A DNA stretch of 64,000 nucleotides from Eledone cirrhosa (GCA_964016885.1 OZ024751.1:19840001-19904000); one strand, 5' to 3'; positions 28,403 through 41,643 are shown, numbered from the stretch's first letter. The notes: generated by a model from the letters alone, not told the origin. Numbers and translations: made by a program.

Positions 28403-28439
<37 letters not shown>

Positions 28440-28450
28440 GTATGTATACG

Positions 28451-28471
<21 letters not shown>

Positions 28472-28481
<10 letters not shown>

Positions 28482-28752
28482 ATAGAGGTGTAACACACGA
28501 GTTATGATATATTGGTAAAAGGAAAAGAAAATGCTGACAAATTGTTCCCAGTGAAAAATAGTTTAATTAGGAATAAGTAAAAATTAGTAATCTTATAAGT
28601 AAAAATTACATAAGTAAAAATTAGTAATAAGATTACTAATTTTTACTTATTCCTAATTAAACTATTTTTCACTGGGAACAATTTGTCAGCATTTTCTTTT
28701 CCTTTTACCAATATATCATAACTCGTGTGTTACACCTCTATTCTTTTATATA
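28472..28752. repeat. Near-perfect ~125-bp inverted repeat flanked by (TA)n
   Basis: Arm TATAAAAGAATAGAGGTG...AGTAATCTTAT is mirrored; a third partial arm lies at 28905-28989 and a hairpin at 28833-28897. Confidence 0.9.
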
Positions 28753-29177
28753 TATTTGTGTCTACTTTAGGCACAAGGCCAGCAATTAACCAGTTCATTA
28801 CTGGTACTTTATTTTATCGACCCCGTAACGATGTTAGTATTCAGTTTTGGTTTTAAGTTTTACCGGTAAAAACTTAAAACCAAAACTGATTACTAACCAA
28901 TACTTATTACTAATTTTTACTTATTCCTAATTAAACTATTTTTCACTGGGAACAATTTGTCAGCATTTTCTTTTCCTTTTACCAATATACTAATTTGTGT
29001 CATTAAACGTACATACATATATACTTCTATAGTAAGAAAGAAATATTTCATTACTCTCTCTTTCTCTCTATATATATGTATGTATATATATATATGTATG
29101 TATATATATATATATATGTATGTATATATATATATATATATACATATATATGTATATATATATGTATATAGCTGATT

Positions 29178-29208
<31 letters not shown>

Positions 29209-29268
29209 GTATATAGCTGATTTAGCCGTCGAAACGGCTTCAGCTCAGCTGTCGGGGTCTTACTGGTT

Positions 29269-29335
<67 letters not shown>

Positions 29336-29359
29336 CTAATTTGTGTCATTGAACATACA

Positions 29360-29393
<34 letters not shown>

Positions 29394-29978
29394 CGATTTG
29401 CTGATATTTATATATTTTTTCCTATTTACTTTCACATATTGTGAATTAAAATACTTGAATTCGACATCGATAAACGAAGCAATTAAAGCAATTATCAGAC
29501 AAAATCGCCTTCGAGGTATGTTTAAAAAAATTTAAGACAATCAACTAGCAAGGCAAATAATTTCAATAAGATCAGTTGATCGAACTTTTTTGGGAGGGGG
29601 GTGAGTGGGGGGGGGGGAGCAAGGTAGATTAGATATACAACGCAGGGCTGAGTTAACTGATGAAACGAGTGTGTGTGTGGGGGGGGGGGTGCGTTTTCTG
29701 TGTGTGCCCGCGTCTGTGTGTCTCTGTGTAATTTCATTGTTAGCTATGATGTGGGGTTGGGGCGGGTGGAGGCTGTTTAGTCTCCAACTTGAAGATAACG
29801 AATTTTTAGTATTATATCTCTCTCTCACTCATTCAGTCACTCACCCTCTCTCACTCATTCAGTCACTCACCCTCTCTCATTCTTTCTCTCTCATTCTTTC
29901 TCTTTCTCACTCTTTCTCTCTCCCTTTCTCACTCTTTCTCTCTCCCTTTCTCTCACTCTCTTTCACTCTTTCTCTCTC

Positions 29979-30017
<39 letters not shown>

Positions 30018-30956
30018 TTCTCTCTCTCTCTCTCTGACACTTTCACTATTTCACTTACTCTCTCACTCGTTCAATCTCTCATTTTCTCTCTCACTCGTTC
30101 AGTCACTCATTCACTCAGTTACTCATTCACTGACATGCTCACTCACTCTCTTTAATTCATTTTACTCATATTCACTCATTCACTCATTCAGTCACATTTT
30201 CACACTCTCTCTGTCACTTACATCCTCTCACACCTCCTCCCCTCACACCTCCTCTCACACCTCCTCCCCTCACACCTCCTCTCACACCTCCTCTCACACC
30301 TCCCCCTCACACCTCCCCTCACACCTCCTCTCACACCTCCTCTCTCACCCCCACCCCCACTCTCCCAACAGTCAGGTAAATCACCTACCTACAAAACAAC
30401 ACACGAGAAAATTTATTTTACCTTGATGTGTAATCATTATAGTTGTTGTTTAAGTTGTTGTTGTGATTGTTGTTGTAGCCGTTGTTGCTGTATTTGTTGC
30501 TGTTGTTATTGTAGTTGTTGTAACTGTTGCTGTTATTGTAGTTGTCGTAACTGTTGTTGCTGTATTTATTGTTGTTATTGTTGTAGTTGTTGTAACTTGT
30601 TGTTGTTTAAGTTGTTGTTGTGATTGTTGTTGTTGCTGTATTTGTTGCTGTTGTTATTGTAGTTGTTGTAACTGTTGCTGTTATTGTAGTTGTCGTAACT
30701 GTTGTTGCTGTATTTATTGTTGTTATTGTTGTAACTTGTTGTTGTTTAAGTTGTTGATGTGATTGTTGTTGTAGCTGTTGTTGCTGTATTTGTTGCTGTT
30801 GTTATTGTAGTAGTTGTAACTGTTGTTGCTGTATTTATTGTTGTTATTGTTGTAACTTGTTGCTGTTTAAGTTGTTGTTATTGTAGTAGTTGTTGATGTT
30901 TATATTATGTGTTTATAATTATTACAATCGTCATCATACTTTAATTATCATTATCA

Positions 30957-31135
30957 TGGCAGTATCGGTAGAGGGTCGGACGCCATGCTTTCCAGCATAG
31001 AGTTACGTCCCTTTACGATCTGAGTTCAAAGTCAACCGCCGAGGTTGACTTTGCCTTTCATCCTTACGGGGTCGATAAAATAAAGTACCAGTAATGTACT
31101 GGGTAATTGCTGGCCTTATGCCAAAAGTAGAAACA
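30957..31135 (+). mobile_element. SINE family 1 copy
   Basis: Near-identical to 674-847. Confidence 0.9.
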
Positions 31136-32380
<1,245 letters not shown>

Positions 32381-32743
32381 ATATCTTTATTGTTGTTCTT
32401 GTTATCAGCTTTACTAATCAAAGCAGTTAAACCTACCATAAAATGTCAAAAGTCTTAATTGATTACCATCAGTAACACTTTACTTTTCTTTACACACAAT
32501 TAAGTTATCGTATGTATGAATGGAATATATCTATGTATATTTGTGTATATATATATATATATATATATATTTATGTATGTATGTATATATATATGTACAT
32601 ATATATGTTTGTATATATGTATGTATATATGTATGTATATATATGGAAAGTTATATTTAAATTGTTGGGTTACAACTAGTAAATATTTATAACTGATATA
32701 AAAGCACTCGACAAATATTTGGAGTATATGTATATATATATAT

Positions 32744-33157
32744 GTTCCGGGAGAGATGACCCCTTAGCCTTTGTCAAGGCAGAATTCTAGGAGAAGGAAA
32801 ACTCTGATATAACACCTGCAACCCTGATGGTATCCAATGATGTTGACTTGTTCTTCTTTTTGGTAAATATCATCTTGGTTAAGAGAGTGGGACTGCCTTT
32901 GTGCAGTGCCTTTTCTCACTCTAAAAGCTTCACGGCACAGGCATTGCTTTATATCTGGAGATCTCTCTGCACTTGTCATCACATGGTACCATGGGCCCAG
33001 CACTATGTGTCAATGATTGTCACAAGTGTAGTGTTTGTACCAGAGTTTTCAAGTCGCTGGCTGGACTAAAAAGTCACGCTTGTTCAGCGCATCGGTAGGG
33101 GTCCTCCTACATGGATATAAAGTAGTGGCCGTACTCGAAAACGAGTTGGCAGCCACC
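32744..33157 (+). mobile_element. Bipartite non-autonomous RTE-like element, copy 1
   Basis: Head with TAGGAGAAGGAAAACTCTGA (RTE 5'UTR-like); 3' end encodes CSVCTRVFKSLAGLKSH (RTE C-terminal C2H2); terminal hairpin GTGGCCGTACTCG-AAAA-CGAGTTGGCAGCCAC; (ATGT)-type tail. Confidence 0.7.
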
Positions 33158-33196
33158 ATATATGTATGTATATATATATTTACATATATATGTTTG

Positions 33197-33232
<36 letters not shown>

Positions 33233-33233
33233 T

Positions 33234-33647
33234 GTTCCGGGAGAGATGACCCCTTAGCCTTTATCAAGGCAGAATTCTAGGAGAAGGAAAACTCTGATAT
33301 AACACCTGCAACCCTGATGGTATCCAATGATGTTGACTTATTCTTGTTTTTGGTAAATATCTTCTTGGTTAAGAGAGTGGGACTGGCTTTGTGCAGTACC
33401 TTTGCTCACTATAAAAGCTTCACGGCACAGGCATTGCTTTATATCTGGAGATCTCTCTGCACTTGTCGTCACATGGTACCATGGGCCCAGCACTATGTGT
33501 CAATAATTGTCACAAGTGTAGTGTTTGTACCAGAGTTTTCAAGTCGCTGGCTGGACTAAAATGTCACACTCGTTCAGCGCATCGGTAGGAGTTCTCCTAC
33601 ATGGATATCAAGTAGTGGCCGTACTCGAAGACGAGTTGGCAGCCACC
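33234..33647 (+). mobile_element. Bipartite non-autonomous RTE-like element, copy 2
   Basis: Direct repeat of 32744-33157 with 490-bp period and scattered substitutions; (TATG)n tail to ~33702. Confidence 0.7.
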
Positions 33648-33674
33648 ATGTATGTGTGTATGTATGTATGTATG

Positions 33675-33705
<31 letters not shown>

Positions 33706-33966
33706 GTATATTTTTCTATTTGTTGCTATGGCAATGCGGCTGGACTGCCGATCGCTATATTTGATTTGCAAAGCTGTCTAAACGTATTGTTATTACTCTA
33801 GGGTATTATTCTCTATCGAGTGCTAAATCTACATACCGAATTTGCATTGGTTAGCTTAGCCGCAGCCTAAAGCTGTATTAAAATTGTATATATATATGTA
33901 TGTATATTTGTATGGATGTATATTTGTATATATGTATGTATGTATATTTGTATGTATGTATATTTG

Positions 33967-34000
<34 letters not shown>

Positions 34001-34200
34001 TGTATGTATGTATGTATGTATGTATGTATGTATGTATGTATGTATATATGTATGTATATTTGTATATATGTATGTATGTATATTTGTATATGTATGTATG
34101 TATGTATATTTGTATATATATGTATGTATATTTGTATATATATGTATGTATATTTTTATATATATGTATGTATATTTGTGTGTGTGTATATATATATATA

Positions 34201-34231
<31 letters not shown>

Positions 34232-34256
34232 TTGTGTGTGTATATGTATATATATG

Positions 34257-34291
<35 letters not shown>

Positions 34292-34439
34292 ATATATTTG
34301 AGTGTATGTGTATATATATATATATATATATAATGTTTATCCCGGGTTCAATCAAGCCGAGTATAAATATTTAATATAGAAATGGCTTCTACAGGACTAG
34401 AACTGTTTCATTCGGAGGAAATCAAAGCCATTTCTATAT

Positions 34440-34474
<35 letters not shown>

Positions 34475-34478
<4 letters not shown>

Positions 34479-34685
34479 ATAATAATAAATTTGAAGACTA
34501 AAATCCAAAGAGGGCTCGATAAGGATCAATATATATCAAATATATAAGAACAGTAGAGCAAATATTTATTAAAATAACAGATTAAAGTTTAAGCAAAGAA
34601 TCGCTGCTTTCACCCTTTCAGAAGATCCCGTTAAGGGTGAAAGCAGCGATTCTTTGCTTAAACTTTAATCAGGTTATTTTAATAA
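34475..34685 (-). mobile_element. Cassette family D with ~52-bp fold-back
   Basis: Arms ~34567-34617 and ~34633-34685; the 3' body is shared with 27308-27382; TA-flanked. Confidence 0.7.
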
Positions 34686-34741
34686 GTATATATATATATA
34701 TGTTTTTTGAAACAGCGAGCGAGTTTGAAAATAGAAATAGA

Positions 34742-34923
34742 AGCTTTCGCCGTATTTTTCACTAAAGAAATTTTAGCCTGATACTGGGGTTTAAAACCAC
34801 CTAAGTATTCATGAGTATTGACGTACATGTACGCCAATACTCATTTTTTTCCATTTCTTAGAGGGTTTAAACAAACCCCACTATCAGGCTAAAATTCCTT
34901 TAGTCAAAAATACGGTGAAAGCT
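34742..34923. mobile_element. MITE / fold-back element with ~50-bp imperfect inverted repeats and an internal hairpin
   Basis: AGCTTTCGCCGTATTTTTCACTAAAG...GGGGTTT is mirrored; inner hairpin TGAGTATTGACGTAC-AT-GTACGCCAATACTCA. Confidence 0.7.
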
Positions 34924-34966
34924 CTCTCTCTTTCTTTCTCTCTCTCTCTCTTCCTCTTTCTCTCTC

Positions 34967-35042
<76 letters not shown>

Positions 35043-35324
35043 AAAAATGCTTTCTGGTTTAGGCTAACAATTTGGAAGGGTGTTAAGTCGAGGAAATCGA
35101 CCCTAGTGCGTTACTGATACTTTATTTTATCAATCCCGTAAGAATGAAAGCTAACCTTGGCAGAATTTGAATATGTGATGTATTTATGTATGTACATATA
35201 TTATGTAAATATTTGTATAAATTGTGAAGAATATGTGAGTATAGAAATGTGTATGTGGTGGTGGTGGTAGTGGAATTTTGGCCTTTGTATTTAGGATAAA
35301 TCTATGGTGTGTTTTATATATATA

Positions 35325-35471
35325 TATTCATTTTATTAAGGTTAAATGGTGATTTTGTCACTCCGGAGTTTCGCCTATTTCTCACAGGGTCATCTGACAA
35401 GAAGAACCTGTGAGAAGACGACGAAATTCCAGAAAAAAGAAGTCACTATTTAGCCTTAATAAAATAAATAT
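35325..35471. repeat. Degenerate ~65-bp inverted repeat in a TA-flanked cassette
   Basis: ATTTTATTAAGGTTAAATGGTG...TTCTCACAGG vs CCTGTGAGAA...CACTATTTAGCCTTAATAAAAT. Confidence 0.65.
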
Positions 35472-35523
35472 TTAAACCCTACTTCGGTATTAAGTACTCT
35501 TTTCTCTCGGCCGTCACCTACAT

Positions 35524-35576
<53 letters not shown>

Positions 35577-35592
35577 GTTGTATACACACACA

Positions 35593-35692
35593 CAGGGTGT
35601 CCCCAAAAAATATATTCACACTTCAACAGCGTTATAATAAATATTGCCTGTACAGGTAATCAGAGCGAATATACATTTTTAGGGAAACCCTG
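35593..35692. mobile_element. 100-bp Tc1/mariner-like MITE
   Basis: TIRs CAGGGTGTCCCCAAAAAA / TTTTTAGGGAAACCCTG followed by TA. Confidence 0.65.
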
Positions 35693-35887
35693 TATATATA
35701 TATATATAGAGAGAGAGAGAGTGAGAGAGAGAGATTTTGAGTATATGTTGGTTGTTTATCGACACCTCAGTATGCAGATTGGAGCACTCGACGAAGTACG
35801 CAGGTTGGTTTGTTTACTCCGGAGTAATGTAAAATAATTAAGTCAAATATGTAAAATTTGGCTTCGTTTATTATAAATTATAGATAT

Positions 35888-35942
35888 ACTGCTATATATA
35901 TTTCGGTGACAGCCATCATTGGCTGTGACCTCTTCAGGCGGT
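35888..35942 (-). ncRNA. Minimal type-I hammerhead ribozyme (family B, left arm)
   Basis: ACCGC-CTGAAGA-GGTCACAGCCA(ATGA)TGGCTGTCACC-GAAA-TATATA-TA-GCAGT; one stem I mismatch. Confidence 0.75.
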
Positions 35943-36201
35943 CTGAATTGGTGGGGAAAAGACAGGTACACATGTTGTTGAAATGTGTTTTACTCCGTCA
36001 ATACATCGATATGTCCAGCTCCTGGTTGTGTTGTTATTTCTCTGAGGAATTGGAATCATATCATATCAACTGGAACCATATGATTCCAGTTCCTCAGAGG
36101 AATAACAACACATACCAGGAGCTGGACATATCGATGTATTGACGGAGTAAAACACACTTCAACAAACAACATGTGTACCTGTCTTTTCCACACCAATTCA
36201 G

Positions 36202-36256
36202 ACTGCCTGAAGAGGTCACAGCCAATGATGGCTGTCACCGAAATATATATAGCAGT
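36202..36256 (+). ncRNA. Minimal type-I hammerhead ribozyme (family B, right arm)
   Basis: ACTGC-CTGAAGA-GGTCACAGCCA(ATGA)TGGCTGTCACC-GAAA-TATATA-TA-GCAGT; perfect 5-bp stem I and palindromic stem/loop III; AUA cleavage after 36251; AATAAA downstream. Confidence 0.85.
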
Positions 36257-36319
36257 ATATCTATAATTTATAATAAACGAAGCCAAATTTTACATATTTG
36301 ACTTAACTATTTTATATAA

Positions 36320-36363
<44 letters not shown>

Positions 36364-36432
36364 CCAGGTCGAGCAAATAGAGAAAGAGTTTTAAAATAAA
36401 TTAAAAAAAAATTCGCTTTACTTACTATATGT

Positions 36433-36514
36433 GCCTTTACCGCGGTTTCAAGTTCCAAAATAAACGGATAATCCAAGCGGATCTCCATTGAGAAGGGAAC
36501 TATCTTCAGAAGGC
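36433..36514 (-). ncRNA. Minimal type-I hammerhead ribozyme (family C)
   Basis: GCCTT-CTGAAGA-T-AGTTCC(39-nt loop)GGAACT-T-GAAA-CCGCGG-TA-AAGGC; GUA cleavage site and palindromic CCGCGG. Confidence 0.85.
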
Positions 36515-36723
36515 TCTTCTCGCTCGGAGAACATAAAATTTCCGAGTTTAAATCACAAACTGACGCCATACAAAACCATTCCCAGATGAGAGTGAATGAT
36601 GAAAGAAATAATTCTGTCTGGTGTCGTGTGCAAAGACATAAGGCAGGGTGCTACAGGTCAATGTCCTGACACTAGAAATAGCAGCAGTCCAAACGGCCAA
36701 GTTTTATCTCAACCTTAGGGGAG

Positions 36724-36768
<45 letters not shown>

Positions 36769-36953
36769 GTATAGTGGTAGCTATGATGCTTCCGTAGGCG
36801 GTATGCCAAAATTAACACTCGATATTCATCAGAGTAGAGTGTAGATATTATCAAGAAAACGAAAAATCAGTGATGCATCTGGACTTAGTTTATTTCGTGT
36901 TACAAATGTTTCGCCGGTATGTAGCTCGAGTCATGGTCCTTGTATGGATCTGG

Positions 36954-36989
<36 letters not shown>

Positions 36990-36992
<3 letters not shown>

Positions 36993-37171
36993 CGAAGGAA
37001 ATGTGGTAAGGAACCAGATGGACCATAACGCACCAAAGTACTCAATACTTGGGGTAGTAGAGTGGGTAATAGGAATGAATAGGACGCCGACGGCTGAGCT
37101 CAAGCCGTTTCATCCAGAATTAGCCGTCAAAACGGCTTGAGCAGCAGTCGTCGGGGTCCTACTCGTTCCTA
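36990..37171 (-). mobile_element. Cassette family A with fold-back at the hammerhead 3' half
   Basis: GAAA-CGGC-TTGAGCTCA-GCCG-TC on the minus strand, mirrored at ~37129-37171. Confidence 0.7.
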
Positions 37172-37175
37172 AATA

Positions 37176-37241
<66 letters not shown>

Positions 37242-37244
<3 letters not shown>

Positions 37245-37300
37245 TGGAACCTCGGTTCACGTGCAGTTAAAACAGTTCACGTCTTGGAGAAGCCATTTGT
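37242..37300 (+). mobile_element. Tigger/pogo-like TIR fragment
   Basis: TA followed by CAGTGGAACCTCGGTT; no partner TIR found. Confidence 0.35.
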
Positions 37301-37333
37301 ATATTCAAAACATTAGACACACGGACATGCATG

Positions 37334-37375
<42 letters not shown>

Positions 37376-37504
37376 AAAGTTCTATTTAAAATTGTTGGGA
37401 TACAACAAGTAAATATTTTTATAACTGATATAAAGCACTCGACAAGTATTTGGAGTAGATATACGATATTAATAAATGGAAACTATATTTATAAAACCAT
37501 ATTT

Positions 37505-37567
37505 ATTTCATTATACATATTTCAGGGATACCAAATTAAATTATGGTATGCCTTCATCAGACAAAAT
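37505..37567 (-). ncRNA. Minimal hammerhead ribozyme (family G)
   Basis: Reverse complement of 37720-37782. Confidence 0.8.
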
Positions 37568-37719
37568 ACAATATATAACAGTTTTACAAATAAGCTTTGA
37601 CGTACCCTTTTAAAATGCGACCAAAAATAATGGTCGCATTTTAAAATGCTTCCAAAAATAATGGTCGCATTTTAAAAGGGTACGTCAAAGCTTATTTGTA
37701 AAACTGTTATATATATTGT

Positions 37720-37782
37720 ATTTTGTCTGATGAAGGCATACCATAATTTAATTTGGTATCCCTGAAATATGTATAATGAAAT
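37720..37782 (+). ncRNA. Minimal hammerhead ribozyme (family G)
   Basis: ATTTTGT-CTGATGA-AGGCATACCA(TAATTTAATT)TGGTATCCCT-GAAA-TATGTA-TA-ATGAAAT. Confidence 0.82.
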
Positions 37783-37822
37783 AAATATGGTTTTATAAAT
37801 ATAGTTTCCATTTATTAATATC

Positions 37823-37864
<42 letters not shown>

Positions 37865-38147
37865 CCAAACAATAGAACTATTCAACACAGTGTGTGGTAA
37901 TGTAACTGATTGTTGTTTCTAATGAATCTCTCAACCAGTCAAATATATGTCATGAGATTTCCACCCCACTCCACTCCACTCCCCAGTCCAGACCCAACTC
38001 CACTTCCCACTCCGCCATTACCACCACCGCGCCTCACTCAAATAAATTTTAATACAACAGAAGTAAACATTTACATTGAAGTATAAAGGTGATATCCATT
38101 GATAGATAAATAAGTGTGAATTAATTAGAATAAAACAGTGTGTGTGG

Positions 38148-38230
<83 letters not shown>

Positions 38231-38557
38231 TGTATATATATATATATATATACTGTATATACTGTATATATATATATATGTGTGTATTTGTGTCTGTCTC
38301 TGTTGTGGTTGTGGCTTTATATGTGTGTGTGTATATATATATATATTTATATTTATATATATATATTTATTTAATGTAGAAATATTTATAATCTATGTAT
38401 TGAGTACCTTACTTATTGTGGTTACTTCCGATTGAACGCGGGATACGCACACACACACACACACATATACATATATACATACACACATATACATACACAC
38501 ACATACATGTATATAATCCGTATGTTGTGATTGAGGCTTTTTTATGGCTTTATATAG

Positions 38558-38615
<58 letters not shown>

Positions 38616-38720
38616 ATATATATAATCTGTGTGTGTGTGTGTGTGGGTGTGTATATATATATGTCTGTGTTCTGGCACTGTATGGCTTCATATTTGTGTG
38701 AGTATGTCTGTGTGTAAGTG

Positions 38721-38840
<120 letters not shown>

Positions 38841-39024
38841 GTGTGTGTGTGTGTGTGCGTGTGTATAAATATGTGTGTGTATATAAACGTATGTGTGTGT
38901 GTGCTCTAAATACATAAATCTATAGAAATGCTATAAAACATTTATTGCAGATATTTCTTTCAGACAGATTCATTTCTTATTTTGTTTTGTTGGTTTTTGA
39001 TTTTATTGTCGTTTTAAATATAAG

Positions 39025-39895
39025 CTTTCATCATCTTCACCATCACCATCACCATCACCTTCATCTTCAGCATCACCATTATCATCATCATCATCATCAT
39101 CATCGTCATTATCATCATTATCGTAGCAGTCTTTTCCGCCATATTCCCCCCCCCTCCTCGCCTCGCTATCACCATCATTATCAACCACCAAAGTCATCCT
39201 ACCATTATCACCATCGTAACCACCACTATCAGTATCACCTACACCATCACCACAAACATCACCAACATCACCACCACCACCATCACCATCACCACCACCA
39301 TCATCACCACACCACCATCACCATACCACCATCACCATCACCATCACAAACACCTCCAACACCTCCAACATTACCACCACCACCATCACCACACCACCAC
39401 CACCACACTACACCACCACCATCACCACACCATACCACCACACCACCACCACACCACACCACCACCAATACCACCACCATCACCACACCATCACCTCACC
39501 AGCACCACACCATCACCACACCACCACCACCACACCACCATCACCATACCACCACACCACACCACCACCATCACCACACCACCACCATCACACCTCCACC
39601 ACCACCACACCACCGCCATCACCACACCACCACCACACCATCACCACATCACCACCACCACCACCACACCACCACCACCACACCACACCACCACCACCAC
39701 CACCACACCATCACCACAACACCACCACCACACCATCACCACAACACCACCACCACCACACCATCACCACAACACCACCACCATCACCACACCACCACCA
39801 CACCATCACCACACCACCACCACACCACCACCACCACCATCACACCACCACCACACTACCACCACCACCACCACCACCACCACCACCACCACTCA
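39025..39895. repeat. CAT/CAC-rich microsatellite block
   Basis: Direct low-complexity repeats. Confidence 0.9.
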
Positions 39896-39940
39896 TCAAC
39901 ATTCACACTTATTAACATCTTCATTATTCTTATACAAATA

Positions 39941-40052
39941 TGAGTTCAAATCCCGCCGAGGTTGACTTTGCCTTTCATCCTTACGGGGTCGATAAAATAA
40001 AGTACCAGTAATGCACTGGGTGATTGCTGGCCTTGTGCCTAAAGTAGAAACA
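39941..40052 (+). mobile_element. 5'-truncated SINE family 1 with 16-bp TSD
   Basis: ATTATTCTTATACAAA at 39923-39938 and 40053-40068. Confidence 0.9.
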
Positions 40053-41268
40053 ATTATTCTTATACAAACATTTTGTTGGGTTTTTTTCTCTTGCTGCTGT
40101 TATTGTTGTTGGTATTGGTGGTGTCTTTGCTGTTGTTGTTGTAATTGTTGTTGTTCTTGTTGTTGGTGCTTTTGCTGTTGTTGGCGTGTTGGTGGTGGTG
40201 GTGGTGTTGTTGTTGGTGGTGGTGGTGTTGTTGTTGTTGGTGTTGGTGTCTTTGCTGTTGGTGTTGGTGTCTTTGCTGTTGGTGTTGGTGGTGGTGGTGG
40301 TGGTGATGGTGTCTTTGCTGTTGTTGTTGTTGTTGTTGGTGGTGGTGATGGTGTCTTTGCTGTTGGTGTTGGTGTCTTTGCTGTTGGTGTTGTTGTTGTT
40401 GTTGTTGTTAGTGGTGGTGGTGGTGATGGTGTCTTTGCTGTTGGTGTTGGTGTTGTTGTTGGTGGTGGTGGTGATGGTGGTGATGGTGTCTTTTCTGCTG
40501 TTGTTATCACTGTAGCTGTTGTTACTGTTGTTATTACTGTTGTTGTTGTTGCTGCTGTTACTCTATCTCCCCTGACACACACATCTGTCTGTATTCCACA
40601 ACTTACCATAAAACACAACACTAGACTTTCCCACCATTCTCCTTTACACATACTCCTCCTCCTCCTCCTCCTCCTCCTCCTCCTCCTCCTCTTTAATAAC
40701 GACATTCAAGTCATCTCATTTTATGCTTTTATTAAATTATTGACTGGTTTTATAGCAGTGGATTGACAGAATCGGTAGAGCGTCGAACACCATGCCTTGT
40801 AGCACATAGTTACAGTCCTTTGCGTTCTGATTTCAACCACTGGATATCACATCTACGATGGGTGACGTTCACAACGTCGAGTGCTTTAGTAATTTGTTGC
40901 ATCATGATTTGCCTACCAGAGCCAACAGAGCTAACAATTAACTGATCAAAATAACTTAAATGCTCTCTATATATGTATGTGTGTATGTATGTATGTATGT
41001 ATGTATGTATGTATGTATGTATGTATGTATGTATGTATGTATGTATGTATGTATGTATGTGTGTGTTTAAATTTGGTGGTTTACCACAGAGTAGAATTGG
41101 TCATTTTGCAATGTTAATCATGACGTGATATGAGAAAAGGACTCGACGTTATGCAACTCATCCATCTTCAATGTTGAATCATACTGGTGGTGCAGGAACG
41201 GAGTAAATATATTATAAAGTAAAGTGACAGGAGACCAAATATGTTGAATTTCCTTAGTCATTTCACTT

Positions 41269-41327
<59 letters not shown>

Positions 41328-41471
41328 AAAGTTCTATTTAAAGTTGTTGGGATACAACAAGTAAATATATAACAAGTAAATATATTTATAACCGACATAA
41401 AGCACTCGACAAATTTTTGGAGTAGATATACGATATTAATAAATGGAAACTATATTTATAAAACCATATTT

Positions 41472-41534
41472 ATTTCATTATACATATTTCAGGGATACCA
41501 CCTTAAATTATGGTATGCCTTCATCAGACAAAAT
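41472..41534 (-). ncRNA. Minimal hammerhead ribozyme (family G) in cassette 41325-41590
   Basis: Same core CTGATGA/GAAA and same stems as 37720-37782; differences lie only in loop II. Confidence 0.8.
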
Positions 41535-41643
41535 ACAATATATAACAGTTTTACAAATAGGTTTGACGTACCCTTTAAAATACAGCCATTACTTTTGGAG
41601 GCTGTCTGGATATATATATATATATATATATATTGCGCGTGTG

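Larger units (their letters stand above)
35830..36314. mobile_element. ~485-bp palindromic cassette (family B), two ~232-bp arms
   Basis: Arms ~35830-36061 and ~36078-36314 are near-perfect reverse complements; each carries a hammerhead. Confidence 0.9.
37373..37824. mobile_element. Cassette family G, inverted duplication between (TA)n tracts
   Basis: Arms ~37461-37623 and ~37661-37824; the left arm extends into the element 3' end at 37373-37460. Confidence 0.88.
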
